DNA of 43,597 nt from Lachnospiraceae bacterium (lineage in GTDB: Bacteria; Bacillota; Clostridia; Lachnospirales; Lachnospiraceae). The stretch is taken from assembly GCA_045657025.1 (NCBI GenBank), contig JAZOSF010000175.1, positions 1 to 43,597 of the forward strand. The letters are read 5' to 3'. The translations under genes were made by a program, and so were the position numbers. The notes beneath the pieces are model-generated. The model worked only from the letters and a program-made list of their open reading frames with translations. It made no database searches and was not told the origin of the DNA. This document shows, piece by piece, positions 27,376 to 35,193 of the stretch (the first letter of the stretch is position 1; each line of letters begins with the position of its first letter).

Positions 27376-28695
27376 CTACTTAATAATAATATAATCCTTG
27401 GTTACTTCTTTTACCACGCCGCTCATAGATGCATGAATATTTACGGATAAACCATCTGCTGCTTTGCCAACAACATCTCCGATTTTTACAGTATCTCCCA
27501 CTTTAACAACAGCTGTGGTTGGTGCACCGATATGCTGGCTCAACAAGATTTTAACTTGCTTTGTTTCTCTGGATGAATCATCCAATTTTGCCGGCTTATC
27601 ATATGTGCCCAGTCCTAATCTTGCAAGCAGTCTGCCTTCCCATGCTCTGCGGTATTCTCTGGATGCCTTTACAGGGGCAGCCTCTACAACAGGAGGTTTG
27701 ATACCTGCCTTACGAAGGCCGTTTTTGTACTCATTAATCATAGTACGTGGTGACAAACCTTGTGGGCAGCTAAACAATTCGCACAAACCACAGGCACTAC
27801 AGAACATCGTATCCAAAAACGGATCTAAATCGTGAAAATCCTGGTTTGCTGCTGCCCGCATAAATAAATGCGGCTGTATTGGATAACCCAATGCAAATCT
27901 CGGACATAAATCTGTACAGGTCTGGCACTGGCAACAGCTGGATGCTGCTCTTGCCACTGCTGTTTTAAATCGATTTGTCTTGCGATATACTAGTGTATGT
28001 TCTTTAGGTAATACAATAATTGCATTTGTAGTCTTTGTTACAGGCTGATAGTCTTTGCCAAAGTTACCCATCATAGGTCCGCCCAATAAATAAACCGGAT
28101 TGTCGGTAGTTACTTCGCCTGCCATCTTTACAACGTCACGTATTCTTGTACCGATTGGAACGCGAACCGTAATTGGATTAGTCACTTCGCCTACCACAGA
28201 TACATACTTCTCTGTTACCGGCTTGCCCTCCCATACGGCCTGATACACATTGTATACGGTCTCTACGTTAAATACGGCTACTCCGCTTTCGATAGGCAAT
28301 CCTCCCGGACGCACTACTCTGCCGGTTGCTTCATAAATGAGAACAACTTCATCTCCCATTGGATATGCTCCCGGCAATTTATGTATACGCATCATTGGGA
28401 ACTCGCCGATATATTCTTCCAGTGCCTCAATGGTGCTTTCATATTCTTCTTTAATTCCGATAATCGCTTCTTTTGCTTGTACAGTTTCCGCAATTAAAGC
28501 AAACGCTTTTAATATCTCATGTGCGTGAACTTTTAATAACTGTCTGTGTAATTTTAAAAGAGGTTCACATTCTGCACAGTTCATGAGAATGGTATCCGCC
28601 TTGTCTGAAAGCTTCCCATAGGTAGGAAAGCCTGCTCCTCCGGCGCCTACGATACCATTCTCCCTTAAGATCTTACTTAAGCTGGCAATATCCAT
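27376..28695 (-). CDS. pduS: PduS-like / RnfC-like flavin and 4Fe-4S oxidoreductase
   Basis: 439 aa. GAGGAGFPT nucleotide motif, SLBB region, and two ferredoxin-type Cys clusters (CCQCQTCTDLCP and CSACGLCELFSCP). Confidence 0.88.
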   Translation of the reverse strand: MDIASLSKILRENGIVGAGGAGFPTYGKLSDKADTILMNCAECEPLLKLHRQLLKVHAHEILKAFALIAETVQAKEAIIGIKEEYESTIEALEEYIGEFPMMRIHKLPGAYPMGDEVVLIYEATGRVVRPGGLPIESGVAVFNVETVYNVYQAVWEGKPVTEKYVSVVGEVTNPITVRVPIGTRIRDVVKMAGEVTTDNPVYLLGGPMMGNFGKDYQPVTKTTNAIIVLPKEHTLVYRKTNRFKTAVARAASSCCQCQTCTDLCPRFALGYPIQPHLFMRAAANQDFHDLDPFLDTMFCSACGLCELFSCPQGLSPRTMINEYKNGLRKAGIKPPVVEAAPVKASREYRRAWEGRLLARLGLGTYDKPAKLDDSSRETKQVKILLSQHIGAPTTAVVKVGDTVKIGDVVGKAADGLSVNIHASMSGVVKEVTKDYIIIK

Positions 28696-28701
28696 AGTTT
28701 G

Positions 28702-28968
28702 TTACCCCAATTTTCCGATATCATCAATAATACCAACGATAGCAGCATCAATAGGAGAATCTGCAAGGCCACAACCAATTCTGGCTGCACTTCCCTGTGC
28801 TACTAATACATACTCACCGATACCGGCTCCAATGTTATCAATAGCAACTATCTGCTTGTGTTCTCCATCCATTGTCTTTATTGGTTCAATTACCATGAAC
28901 TTATTACCAACCAGGTTGTCCTGTTTGCGTGTGGAAACGATACTTCCCATTACTTTTCCAATAATCAT
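28702..28968 (-). CDS. BMC vertex pentamer (BMC-P, EutN/CcmL/PduN family)
   Basis: MIIGKVMGSIVSTRK... is a typical EutN N-terminus. The track start at 28995 is a TTG with no SD, so I prefer the ATG at 28968. Confidence 0.88.
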   Translation of the reverse strand: MIIGKVMGSIVSTRKQDNLVGNKFMVIEPIKTMDGEHKQIVAIDNIGAGIGEYVLVAQGSAARIGCGLADSPIDAAIVGIIDDIGKLG

Positions 28969-29008
28969 TTTCTTACTCGTTTCTGACTGCGTCAAATTCT
29001 ATAAATTT

Positions 29009-29653
29009 CTATTTAATAACTACCACTTTATCGCCCTGCTTGATTTCACTTGCATTGGCTTCATCTGTATCAATGTGCATTTCCAATGTAAAGGATTTGT
29101 CTACACGGATTTTAACATTGTTAAATGTGGTGCCGCGCTCATTTTCTACTCTTACGCTTACATAATCACCATCGTTTACTCCGCATGCTGCGGCATCTGC
29201 CGGTGACATGTGAATATGTCTGGCTGCTACAATACAGCCTTCTTTACAATAAACAGCTCCCTTAGGGCCAACAATAGCAATCGGTGCAGAGTCTTTAATA
29301 TCTCCGGATTCACGGATTGGAACATTGATACCTAATTTTCTGGCGTCTGTGCTGCTGATTTCTACCTGTGTACTCTTACGGGCAGGTCCTAAAACTCTTA
29401 CATTTTCAATTGCACGAAGTTTCAAACCTACGATTGTACAGCATTCGTTAGATGCAAATTGTCCGCCCATCAGTTCCTTTTTCTTGGTAAGCTGATATCC
29501 CGGACCAAACAATGCCTCCACATGCTCCTGTGACAAATGAATATGTCTGTTGCTGACACCGACAGGAACCATGAAACCATTGCTTTTTTCTTTTTCCTGC
29601 TGTATACAGGAAATCACCAATTTGGTTAAGGCTTCCAATTCATTTCTTTCCAC
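29009..29653 (-). CDS. pduL: Phosphate propanoyltransferase PduL with N-terminal encapsulation-peptide-like helix
   Basis: 214 aa, GTG start with an AGGTGA SD. Duplicated PduL motifs (VGVSNRHIHLS and ARHIHMS). N-terminal ELEALTKLVISCIQ. Confidence 0.92.
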   Translation of the reverse strand: MERNELEALTKLVISCIQQEKEKSNGFMVPVGVSNRHIHLSQEHVEALFGPGYQLTKKKELMGGQFASNECCTIVGLKLRAIENVRVLGPARKSTQVEISSTDARKLGINVPIRESGDIKDSAPIAIVGPKGAVYCKEGCIVAARHIHMSPADAAACGVNDGDYVSVRVENERGTTFNNVKIRVDKSFTLEMHIDTDEANASEIKQGDKVVVIK

Positions 29654-29687
29654 TTAGTTCACCTGTTACCCTTCTAAACTTGATAAC

Positions 29688-29736
29688 CAGCTGCAAAAGT
29701 ACAGCTGACCGGGAGCGCCGCAAATGACACTCCCGG
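29688..29736 (-). other. Two adjacent stem-loops in the shell-gene/pduL intergenic region
   Basis: Minus strand reads CCGGGAG-14 nt-CTCCCGG (29736-29709), then CAGCTG-8 nt-CAGCTG (29707-29688). No U-run follows. Confidence 0.5.
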
Positions 29737-29765
29737 CAACATATTTATATGTATATCACCTATAC

Positions 29766-30044
29766 TTATTTGATAGCAGGAAGAATGCCTTCTACATCTG
29801 TGTGTGGACGTGGAATTACGTGCTGAGCAACTAACTCACCAAGTCTTTCTGCGTTCATAGCACCAGCTTCTACTGCAGACTTAACAGCGCCTACATCACC
29901 GCGTACCATAACTGTTACTAAACCGGAACCGATTTTCTCTGTACCTACTAAAGTAACGTTTGCTGCCTTACACATTGTATCAGCTGCCTCAATAGCTGCT
30001 GTAAGACCTCTTGTTTCTACCATTCCTAATGCTTCCTGTGCCAT
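29766..30044 (-). CDS. BMC-H hexameric shell protein (PduA/EutM-like)
   Basis: 92 aa. [50 protein letters not shown] is canonical Pfam00936 sequence. Confidence 0.95.
   Translation of the reverse strand: MAQEALGMVETRGLTAAIEAADTMCKAANVTLVGTEKIGSGLVTVMVRGDVGAVKSAVEAGAMNAERLGELVAQHVIPRPHTDVEGILPAIK
29881..29957 (-). repeat. 77-nt block near-identical (1 mismatch) to 30586..30662 in the paralogous shell gene
   Basis: Direct comparison of the two stretches shows 56 identical nt, one C/T difference, then 20 identical nt. Confidence 0.9.
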
Positions 30045-30135
30045 AGTTTTATCCTCCTTACTTATGTGCCAGTTTTGTTGTTAATTTGTGCTGTTTTACA
30101 GCTAATATTATACTGTATTATTACAGTTATTTCTA

Positions 30136-30459
30136 CTATTTTTTTGTTCCGTTTCCGGATTGTTTCTTTTGGATGCGCTTAGCACTTTTTGCTACCAGCT
30201 TGCGTGTCTCTTCTTCCGGAGATGCAATAACACCGGATGCTGCCAAAATATGATTATTTGCTTTGCAAATATTTGCAGCAGCTTCTACTGCAGCTTTTAC
30301 GTCAGATACCATACCTTCCACGATAATGGTAACCAAACGGCCACCCATCTTACGTTCCCAGGTAACAAGTCTAACATCTGCCGCCTTACACATTGCATCT
30401 AAAGAATCCATTGCAGCAACCACACCGGAAACTTCAATTAATCCGTATGAGCTACCCAT
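30136..30459 (-). CDS. BMC-H shell protein with basic pore loop and Lys-rich C-terminal tail
   Basis: 107 aa. BMC domain (GLIEVSGVVAAMDSLDAMCKAADVRLV), pore region WERKMGGRL in place of EKIGSGL, and the tail KLVAKSAKRIQKKQSGNGTKK. Confidence 0.88.
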   Translation of the reverse strand: MGSSYGLIEVSGVVAAMDSLDAMCKAADVRLVTWERKMGGRLVTIIVEGMVSDVKAAVEAAANICKANNHILAASGVIASPEEETRKLVAKSAKRIQKKQSGNGTKK

Positions 30460-30464
30460 TCTTC

Positions 30465-30749
30465 TTATGCCTCAGGGAATCCCGGAAGAATCTTTTCTAC
30501 ATCTGCATGTGGGCGTGGGATTACGTGCTGAGCAACTAATTCACCAAGACGACTTGCTGCTGCCGCGCCGGATTCTACTGCTGCCTTAACAGCGCCTACA
30601 TCACCGCGTACCATAACTGTTACTAAACCGGAACCGATTTTTTCTGTACCTACTAAAGTAACCTCAGCAGATTTTGTCATTGCATCTGCAGCGTCAATTG
30701 CTGCGGTAAGTCCTCTTGTTTCTACCATTCCTAATGCTTCTTTTGCCAT
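30465..30749 (-). CDS. BMC-H hexameric shell protein (PduA/EutM-like), paralog of 29766..30044
   Basis: 94 aa with canonical BMC-H sequence. Shares long identical DNA blocks with 29766..30044. Confidence 0.95.
   Translation of the reverse strand: MAKEALGMVETRGLTAAIDAADAMTKSAEVTLVGTEKIGSGLVTVMVRGDVGAVKAAVESGAAAASRLGELVAQHVIPRPHADVEKILPGFPEA
30586..30662 (-). repeat. 77-nt block near-identical to 29881..29957
   Basis: See the paired repeat feature at 29881..29957. Confidence 0.9.
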
Positions 30750-30798
30750 GTTTAATAGCCTCTCTTTCTTATAACTCTAAATAATATAATTTACTTTT

Positions 30799-31116
30799 TT
30801 AATTTGTGTCAAAGCCACAAATATTTAACATTTTTAATGTATCACTGGTTGGTCTTGGAATTATATGACTCTGTACGACTCCTGTTGTTCGCTTCGCCAT
30901 CTCAATTCCGGCTTCTACCGCTGCGGTTACGTCTTCTACGCTGCCGCGGAACTTTATTGTTACCAAAAGCGGTACCTTCAAGGTTTCTGCGTTTGCAGGC
31001 TTGTTTTTATCGAAAGGTTCCAATGTTACATTGGCTGCCTTACATCCCGCATCTGCTGCCATGAATGCACAAACAACACCATAAACCTCCAGGATCCCTA
31101 CTGCTCTTTCATCCAT
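30799..31116 (-). CDS. Divergent BMC-domain shell protein with an expanded Lys-rich pore loop
   Basis: 105 aa. BMC core ([28 protein letters not shown] ... FRGSVEDVTAAVEAG ... HIIPRP). The canonical GSG pore turn is replaced by EPFDKNKPANAETLKVP. Confidence 0.8.
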   Translation of the reverse strand: MDERAVGILEVYGVVCAFMAADAGCKAANVTLEPFDKNKPANAETLKVPLLVTIKFRGSVEDVTAAVEAGIEMAKRTTGVVQSHIIPRPTSDTLKMLNICGFDTN

Positions 31117-31149
31117 ATTAACTTACCTCTCACAATTACAGGATTAAAA

Positions 31150-32367
31150 TTAATCCATGTAAACTGCAACCTTAAGGCCGGTCATTGCAAGATTCTTCTT
31201 GTATGCATCATCAATCTTGCTTAATGGATATCTGTCTGTAATCAGTTCGCTCATTGGAAGACCAATTGCTTTTGCGCTCTTTAAGAATTCAAAAGTAGTT
31301 GCATAGTCACGAAGTGTGTACACCCAGCTTCCTACTGTTGTGATTTCTTTTGCACAAATATCAAAGTGTGGGTTGATAGTTGCATCACCGCCGTTGATGA
31401 AGAAACCAAGCTCACATAAACCGCCACCCTTACGGATAAACTTGTAAATGTTTGCGTGACCTACAGGAGAACCTGTACACTGGAATGCAAAGTCAGCGAG
31501 GTGTCCGTCGAACTTGTCGTAAACGCCTTTTGCCATTTCTTCAGCGCCATTGTAATCTTTGAAGTTTACAGTATCGCTTGCGCCAAGTCTCTTTGCAAAT
31601 TCCAAACGGCCTGCATTACCGTCAACAGCAATAATGTTGCCAATACCCATGGTGTGTAAAATAGCAATACAAATCAAACCGATAGGTCCACAACCCTGTA
31701 CTACAACACGGCTGTTAAATCTTAATATACCGGTTGTCTTTGCACGCTCTACCGCATGAATTAATACAGCACATGGCTCGATTAAAATACGGGAATCCAA
31801 ATCCAAATCACTTACGTTAAAGAATGTGGAACCCTTGCGGCTAATTAAAATATAGTCTGCAAACCATCCGTTAAGATGAATATCATCATCCGGAACCAGA
31901 CCGTATACATCAGCGCCATCACCAACGTTTTGCTTATTTAAGTCAAACATAGTAATGTCAGGATCATCCTTGAAAATCATACAGGTAACAATCTTGTCAC
32001 CAACTTTCACTTCTTTACCTGCGCTGTCTTTTTTAACATTCTTACCCATCTTTACGATTTCGCCGGTACCTTCATGTCCCAAAGCTACAGGAATGAGTCC
32101 AAATGGGTCGCGCTTGTATTCGTGTGCATCTGTACCACAGATACCACAACCTTCTACTTTTACAAGAATATCATCATCGCCAACTTCCGGCATTGGATAT
32201 TCTTTGATTTCAACAGTCTCAAGAGCTGTAAGCATGGCAACATGTGCTGTCTTTGGAATCTCTCGACTGCCTTTGGAAGCTACTACGTTTGCTGCAGGAG
32301 CAGAACTGTTTAACTGGCTTAATACCTGTTTAACAATAGCTTCAACCTGAGAACTATTCATCTCCAT
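31150..32367 (-). CDS. Zn-dependent (MDR family) alcohol dehydrogenase with N-terminal encapsulation peptide
   Basis: GCGICGTDAHEY, GHEGTGEIV and GCGPIG are the MDR Zn and NAD motifs. Preferred start is the ATG at 32367 (GGGAGG SD), giving the N-terminus MEMNSSQVEAIVKQVLSQL plus an Ala/Ser linker. The track start at 32445 overlaps the upstream gene. Confidence 0.9.
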   Translation of the reverse strand: MEMNSSQVEAIVKQVLSQLNSSAPAANVVASKGSREIPKTAHVAMLTALETVEIKEYPMPEVGDDDILVKVEGCGICGTDAHEYKRDPFGLIPVALGHEGTGEIVKMGKNVKKDSAGKEVKVGDKIVTCMIFKDDPDITMFDLNKQNVGDGADVYGLVPDDDIHLNGWFADYILISRKGSTFFNVSDLDLDSRILIEPCAVLIHAVERAKTTGILRFNSRVVVQGCGPIGLICIAILHTMGIGNIIAVDGNAGRLEFAKRLGASDTVNFKDYNGAEEMAKGVYDKFDGHLADFAFQCTGSPVGHANIYKFIRKGGGLCELGFFINGGDATINPHFDICAKEITTVGSWVYTLRDYATTFEFLKSAKAIGLPMSELITDRYPLSKIDDAYKKNLAMTGLKVAVYMD

Positions 32368-32383
32368 TATTTTTTCCTCCCGT

Positions 32384-33769
32384 CTATCTGATACATAAGC
32401 TGTCTGACATGGTACAGCGTCTGCTCTTTGTAAATGTAGATGCACTGGTCAAACCTTCACCGGTACGACTTGCGATTGTAAAGGTTGGGAAACCTTCGCC
32501 TCCGAAACCGAGTGCTGCATATGATGGACCGTTCTTTACTAAAATCGCAGTATCCATTGCTCTGGCATATTCTGTGATTCTATCCACATTCTTGGAATGA
32601 ATGTGTGCGGAATGGCGATTACCATGCTCTAACCAAACAGCTGCTTCTACTGCTTCTTTGAAGTCTTTAGCTCTTACAATACCAAGAATTGGCATCATAA
32701 GCTCTTCTGCAATGAGCGGATGTTCCTTTGCTCCTTCGAAAATAATACAACGAATATTGTCCGGTACATCAACGCCTACCATACTAAGCAATACTTTTGC
32801 ACTTCGGCCTACACACTTACGATTCAAAGCACCTTTTTCATTGAAAACGGTCTTTACTAATTTGTCTTGAACTTCTTTGCTTGCTAAATAGCAACCCTGC
32901 TCTTCTATCATGTAATTCATCAGCTGGTCGCAAATTGCATCAACTGCAATTACTTCCTTTTCTGCGATACATGGAAGATTATTGTCAAAGGTACATCCGT
33001 TTATGATGTCCTCTGCTGCTTTTCTTACATCTGCAGTTTCATCTACTAATGCGGGTGGATTACCTGCACCTGCTCCGATACCGCGCTTACCGCTAGATAA
33101 TACGGCTGTTACTACGCCAGGACCGCCGGTAGCTACAAGTAATGGAATATCTTTGTGCTTCATCATTACTGCACTGGAATCCAAGGTTGGTTTTTCTACC
33201 GTACATGCGATGTTATCTGGTCCGCCTTCTTCTAAAGAAGCTTCGTTAATCAGATTTACTGCAAAAATGGATGTTTTTACTGCCTGTGGATGCGGACTGA
33301 ATACTACAGTATTACCGCCTGCAAGCATACCCATTGTGTTACAGAGAACGGTTTCACTCGGATTGGTACATGGTGTAATAGCACCGATTACTCCGAAAGG
33401 ACCTCTCTCTACCAGGGTGAGTCCCCTGTCACCGGACCAAGCTGTTGTAGTAATATCTTCTGTGCCAGGTGTTTTTTCTGCCACCAAAAGGTGCTTCAAA
33501 ATCTTGTCACCAACATTACCCATGCCGGTTTCATTTACGCCCATACGGGCAAATGTTTCTGCATTTTCTTTAATTTTGATACGTATTTTGGAAATAATTT
33601 TTTCACGCTGATCCATAGACATCATACGTACCACTTTTTGTGCTTCTTTTGCCTTTTCTATTGCGGTATTCATATCAGCAAATACGCCGTGCATTCCGGA
33701 AACACCTTCCTGAAGCTGCATCTTTGCCATTACTTCGCCGACAATACTTTTGATCTGGCTCTCTGTCAT
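32384..33769 (-). CDS. pduP: CoA-acylating aldehyde dehydrogenase (PduP/EutE family) with N-terminal encapsulation peptide
   Basis: About 461 aa with the catalytic-Cys region NNLPCIAEKE. N-terminus MTESQIKSIVGEVMAKM. The ATG at 33769 overlaps the upstream stop (ATGA). The track start at 33775 is a TTG. Confidence 0.9.
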   Translation of the reverse strand: MTESQIKSIVGEVMAKMQLQEGVSGMHGVFADMNTAIEKAKEAQKVVRMMSMDQREKIISKIRIKIKENAETFARMGVNETGMGNVGDKILKHLLVAEKTPGTEDITTTAWSGDRGLTLVERGPFGVIGAITPCTNPSETVLCNTMGMLAGGNTVVFSPHPQAVKTSIFAVNLINEASLEEGGPDNIACTVEKPTLDSSAVMMKHKDIPLLVATGGPGVVTAVLSSGKRGIGAGAGNPPALVDETADVRKAAEDIINGCTFDNNLPCIAEKEVIAVDAICDQLMNYMIEEQGCYLASKEVQDKLVKTVFNEKGALNRKCVGRSAKVLLSMVGVDVPDNIRCIIFEGAKEHPLIAEELMMPILGIVRAKDFKEAVEAAVWLEHGNRHSAHIHSKNVDRITEYARAMDTAILVKNGPSYAALGFGGEGFPTFTIASRTGEGLTSASTFTKSRRCTMSDSLCIR

Positions 33770-34245
33770 TTCCAAGCTATCACTTCCTTTAATAAATTTT
33801 TACCGTAAGCGCCCAAGTAGGTATCCTGCTCCGCAGTTCCACCACTGACGCCTATTGCACCAATTAAAACATCATCTACATACAGAGGCTCGCCTCCGCC
33901 GAAGATTACGATTTGTCCCTGGTTTGTATGCTGGATACCATACAGGGAACCACCCGGTGCCGCAAGCTCGGCAAGCGTTGCGGTTGACATTTGAAAAGCT
34001 ACGGAAGTATAGGTCTTATTAACTGCAATATCGTAGCTACCGATATATGCCCCATCCATACAATGTACGGCAATAGGTCTGCCTCCGGCATCAGCTACTG
34101 CTACAACAGCCTTTACACCTATACGAGCTGCTTCTGCCTCTACCCTCTCCATCAACTCTTTTGCAATTTTTAAGTTCATGGAAGGAGTTGCCTTCACCTG
34201 TTTTAACACTTCACGGACAATGCTTTCCATGTTATTTCTTTCCAT
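33766..34245 (-). CDS. GlcG/HbpS-like (DUF336, PduO C-terminal-domain-like) protein with EP-like N-terminus
   Basis: VAVADAGGRPIAV ... AVNKTYTSVAF ... GGGEPL ... IGAIGVSGGT are DUF336 blocks. Preferred start is the ATG at 34245 (AAGGTGA SD), giving the N-terminus MERNNMESIVREVLKQV. Confidence 0.85.
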   Translation of the reverse strand: MERNNMESIVREVLKQVKATPSMNLKIAKELMERVEAEAARIGVKAVVAVADAGGRPIAVHCMDGAYIGSYDIAVNKTYTSVAFQMSTATLAELAAPGGSLYGIQHTNQGQIVIFGGGEPLYVDDVLIGAIGVSGGTAEQDTYLGAYGKNLLKEVIAWK

Positions 34246-34278
34246 AGGAATCACCTTGCCTTTCCTGAAACAGGATAT

Positions 34279-35124
34279 TTATTTCATGTTTGCGATTACA
34301 TTCTTTACGATTTCAGCAACCATCTTTTCGTCTACTTTGCCTTCGTTGCCACAATCACAGCCGAAGTTGTATTCGTAACCAGGGAACTTGCTGTAATCAG
34401 CACCACCGCCGCAACTGCCACAGTTATGGCAATTTTCTTTGCCCTTGTTCAAGCATACATTTGCAGGATGTTTGCCCGGCATACCGAACTTACGACGAAT
34501 TTCATAAAGCTTCTTGATGTTTTCTTTGTCAAATTCCTTAGGACCGCCAAGCATTTTGGACTTGTAAAGAAGTTCTGCATAGAACTCTAAGCTTTCCATC
34601 TTGTGGTATGCTGCTAATAAATCTGTACTCCAGCTTAATGCACCGTGGTTTTCAAGTAACACTGCATCAAAGTATGGAAGGTACTTCTCTAAATTATCAG
34701 GAATTTCCATGGTAGAAGGCGTACCGTACTCTGCGATAGGTACGCAACCTAAAGAAATAACTGCTTCCGGCATAATAGGCTGTGTTAAAGGAATACCTGC
34801 AATTGCAAATGCTGTTGCAAAGGTTGGATGTGCATGTACTACAGCACCTACATCAGGACGCTTCTCGTATACACGCATATGCATCTTAATTTCAGAAGAT
34901 GGCTTAAAGCCTTTGTTTGCCTGAATAACATTACCTTTTGCATCAACTTTGCAGATATATTCCGGTGTCATAAAACCTTTGGATACACCTGTTGGGGTGC
35001 AAAGGAATTCATTGTCATTCAACTTTACGGAAATATTTCCATCGTTTGCTGCAACCATGTTACGATTGTAAATTCTTCTGCCAATTTCACAAATTTGTTT
35101 TTTGATTTCCATTTCGTTAATCAT
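34279..35124 (-). CDS. Class II (FucA-like) L-fuculose/rhamnulose-1-phosphate aldolase with a Cys-rich C-terminal extension and C-terminal encapsulation peptide
   Basis: Core residues 1-215 show FucA-like motifs (NDGNISV, TPTGV, VVHAHP, ENHGAL). A 63-residue tail follows: HPANVCLNKGKENCHNCGSCGGG...GCDCGNEGKVDEKMVAEIVKNVIANMK. Confidence 0.9.
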   Translation of the reverse strand: MINEMEIKKQICEIGRRIYNRNMVAANDGNISVKLNDNEFLCTPTGVSKGFMTPEYICKVDAKGNVIQANKGFKPSSEIKMHMRVYEKRPDVGAVVHAHPTFATAFAIAGIPLTQPIMPEAVISLGCVPIAEYGTPSTMEIPDNLEKYLPYFDAVLLENHGALSWSTDLLAAYHKMESLEFYAELLYKSKMLGGPKEFDKENIKKLYEIRRKFGMPGKHPANVCLNKGKENCHNCGSCGGGADYSKFPGYEYNFGCDCGNEGKVDEKMVAEIVKNVIANMK

Positions 35125-35193
35125 GGATAATTCCTCCTAATATTTGTTTGATCATATATGAAAATGATTGCTTTTAATTGCTTTCATTATCTG

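Noticed and set aside
32982-33611. Long plus-strand ORFs in the track. Examples: 32982..33611 (209 aa), 33290..33808 (172 aa), 53..544, 935..1429, 3952..4419, 8351..8776, 38528..38941 and 9290..9658.
   Set aside because: All lie antisense to, or in alternative frames of, well-supported minus-strand genes with clear family motifs. They have low-complexity or Cys/Ser/Leu-rich shadow-frame compositions. None has an SD-like sequence or a recognisable motif.
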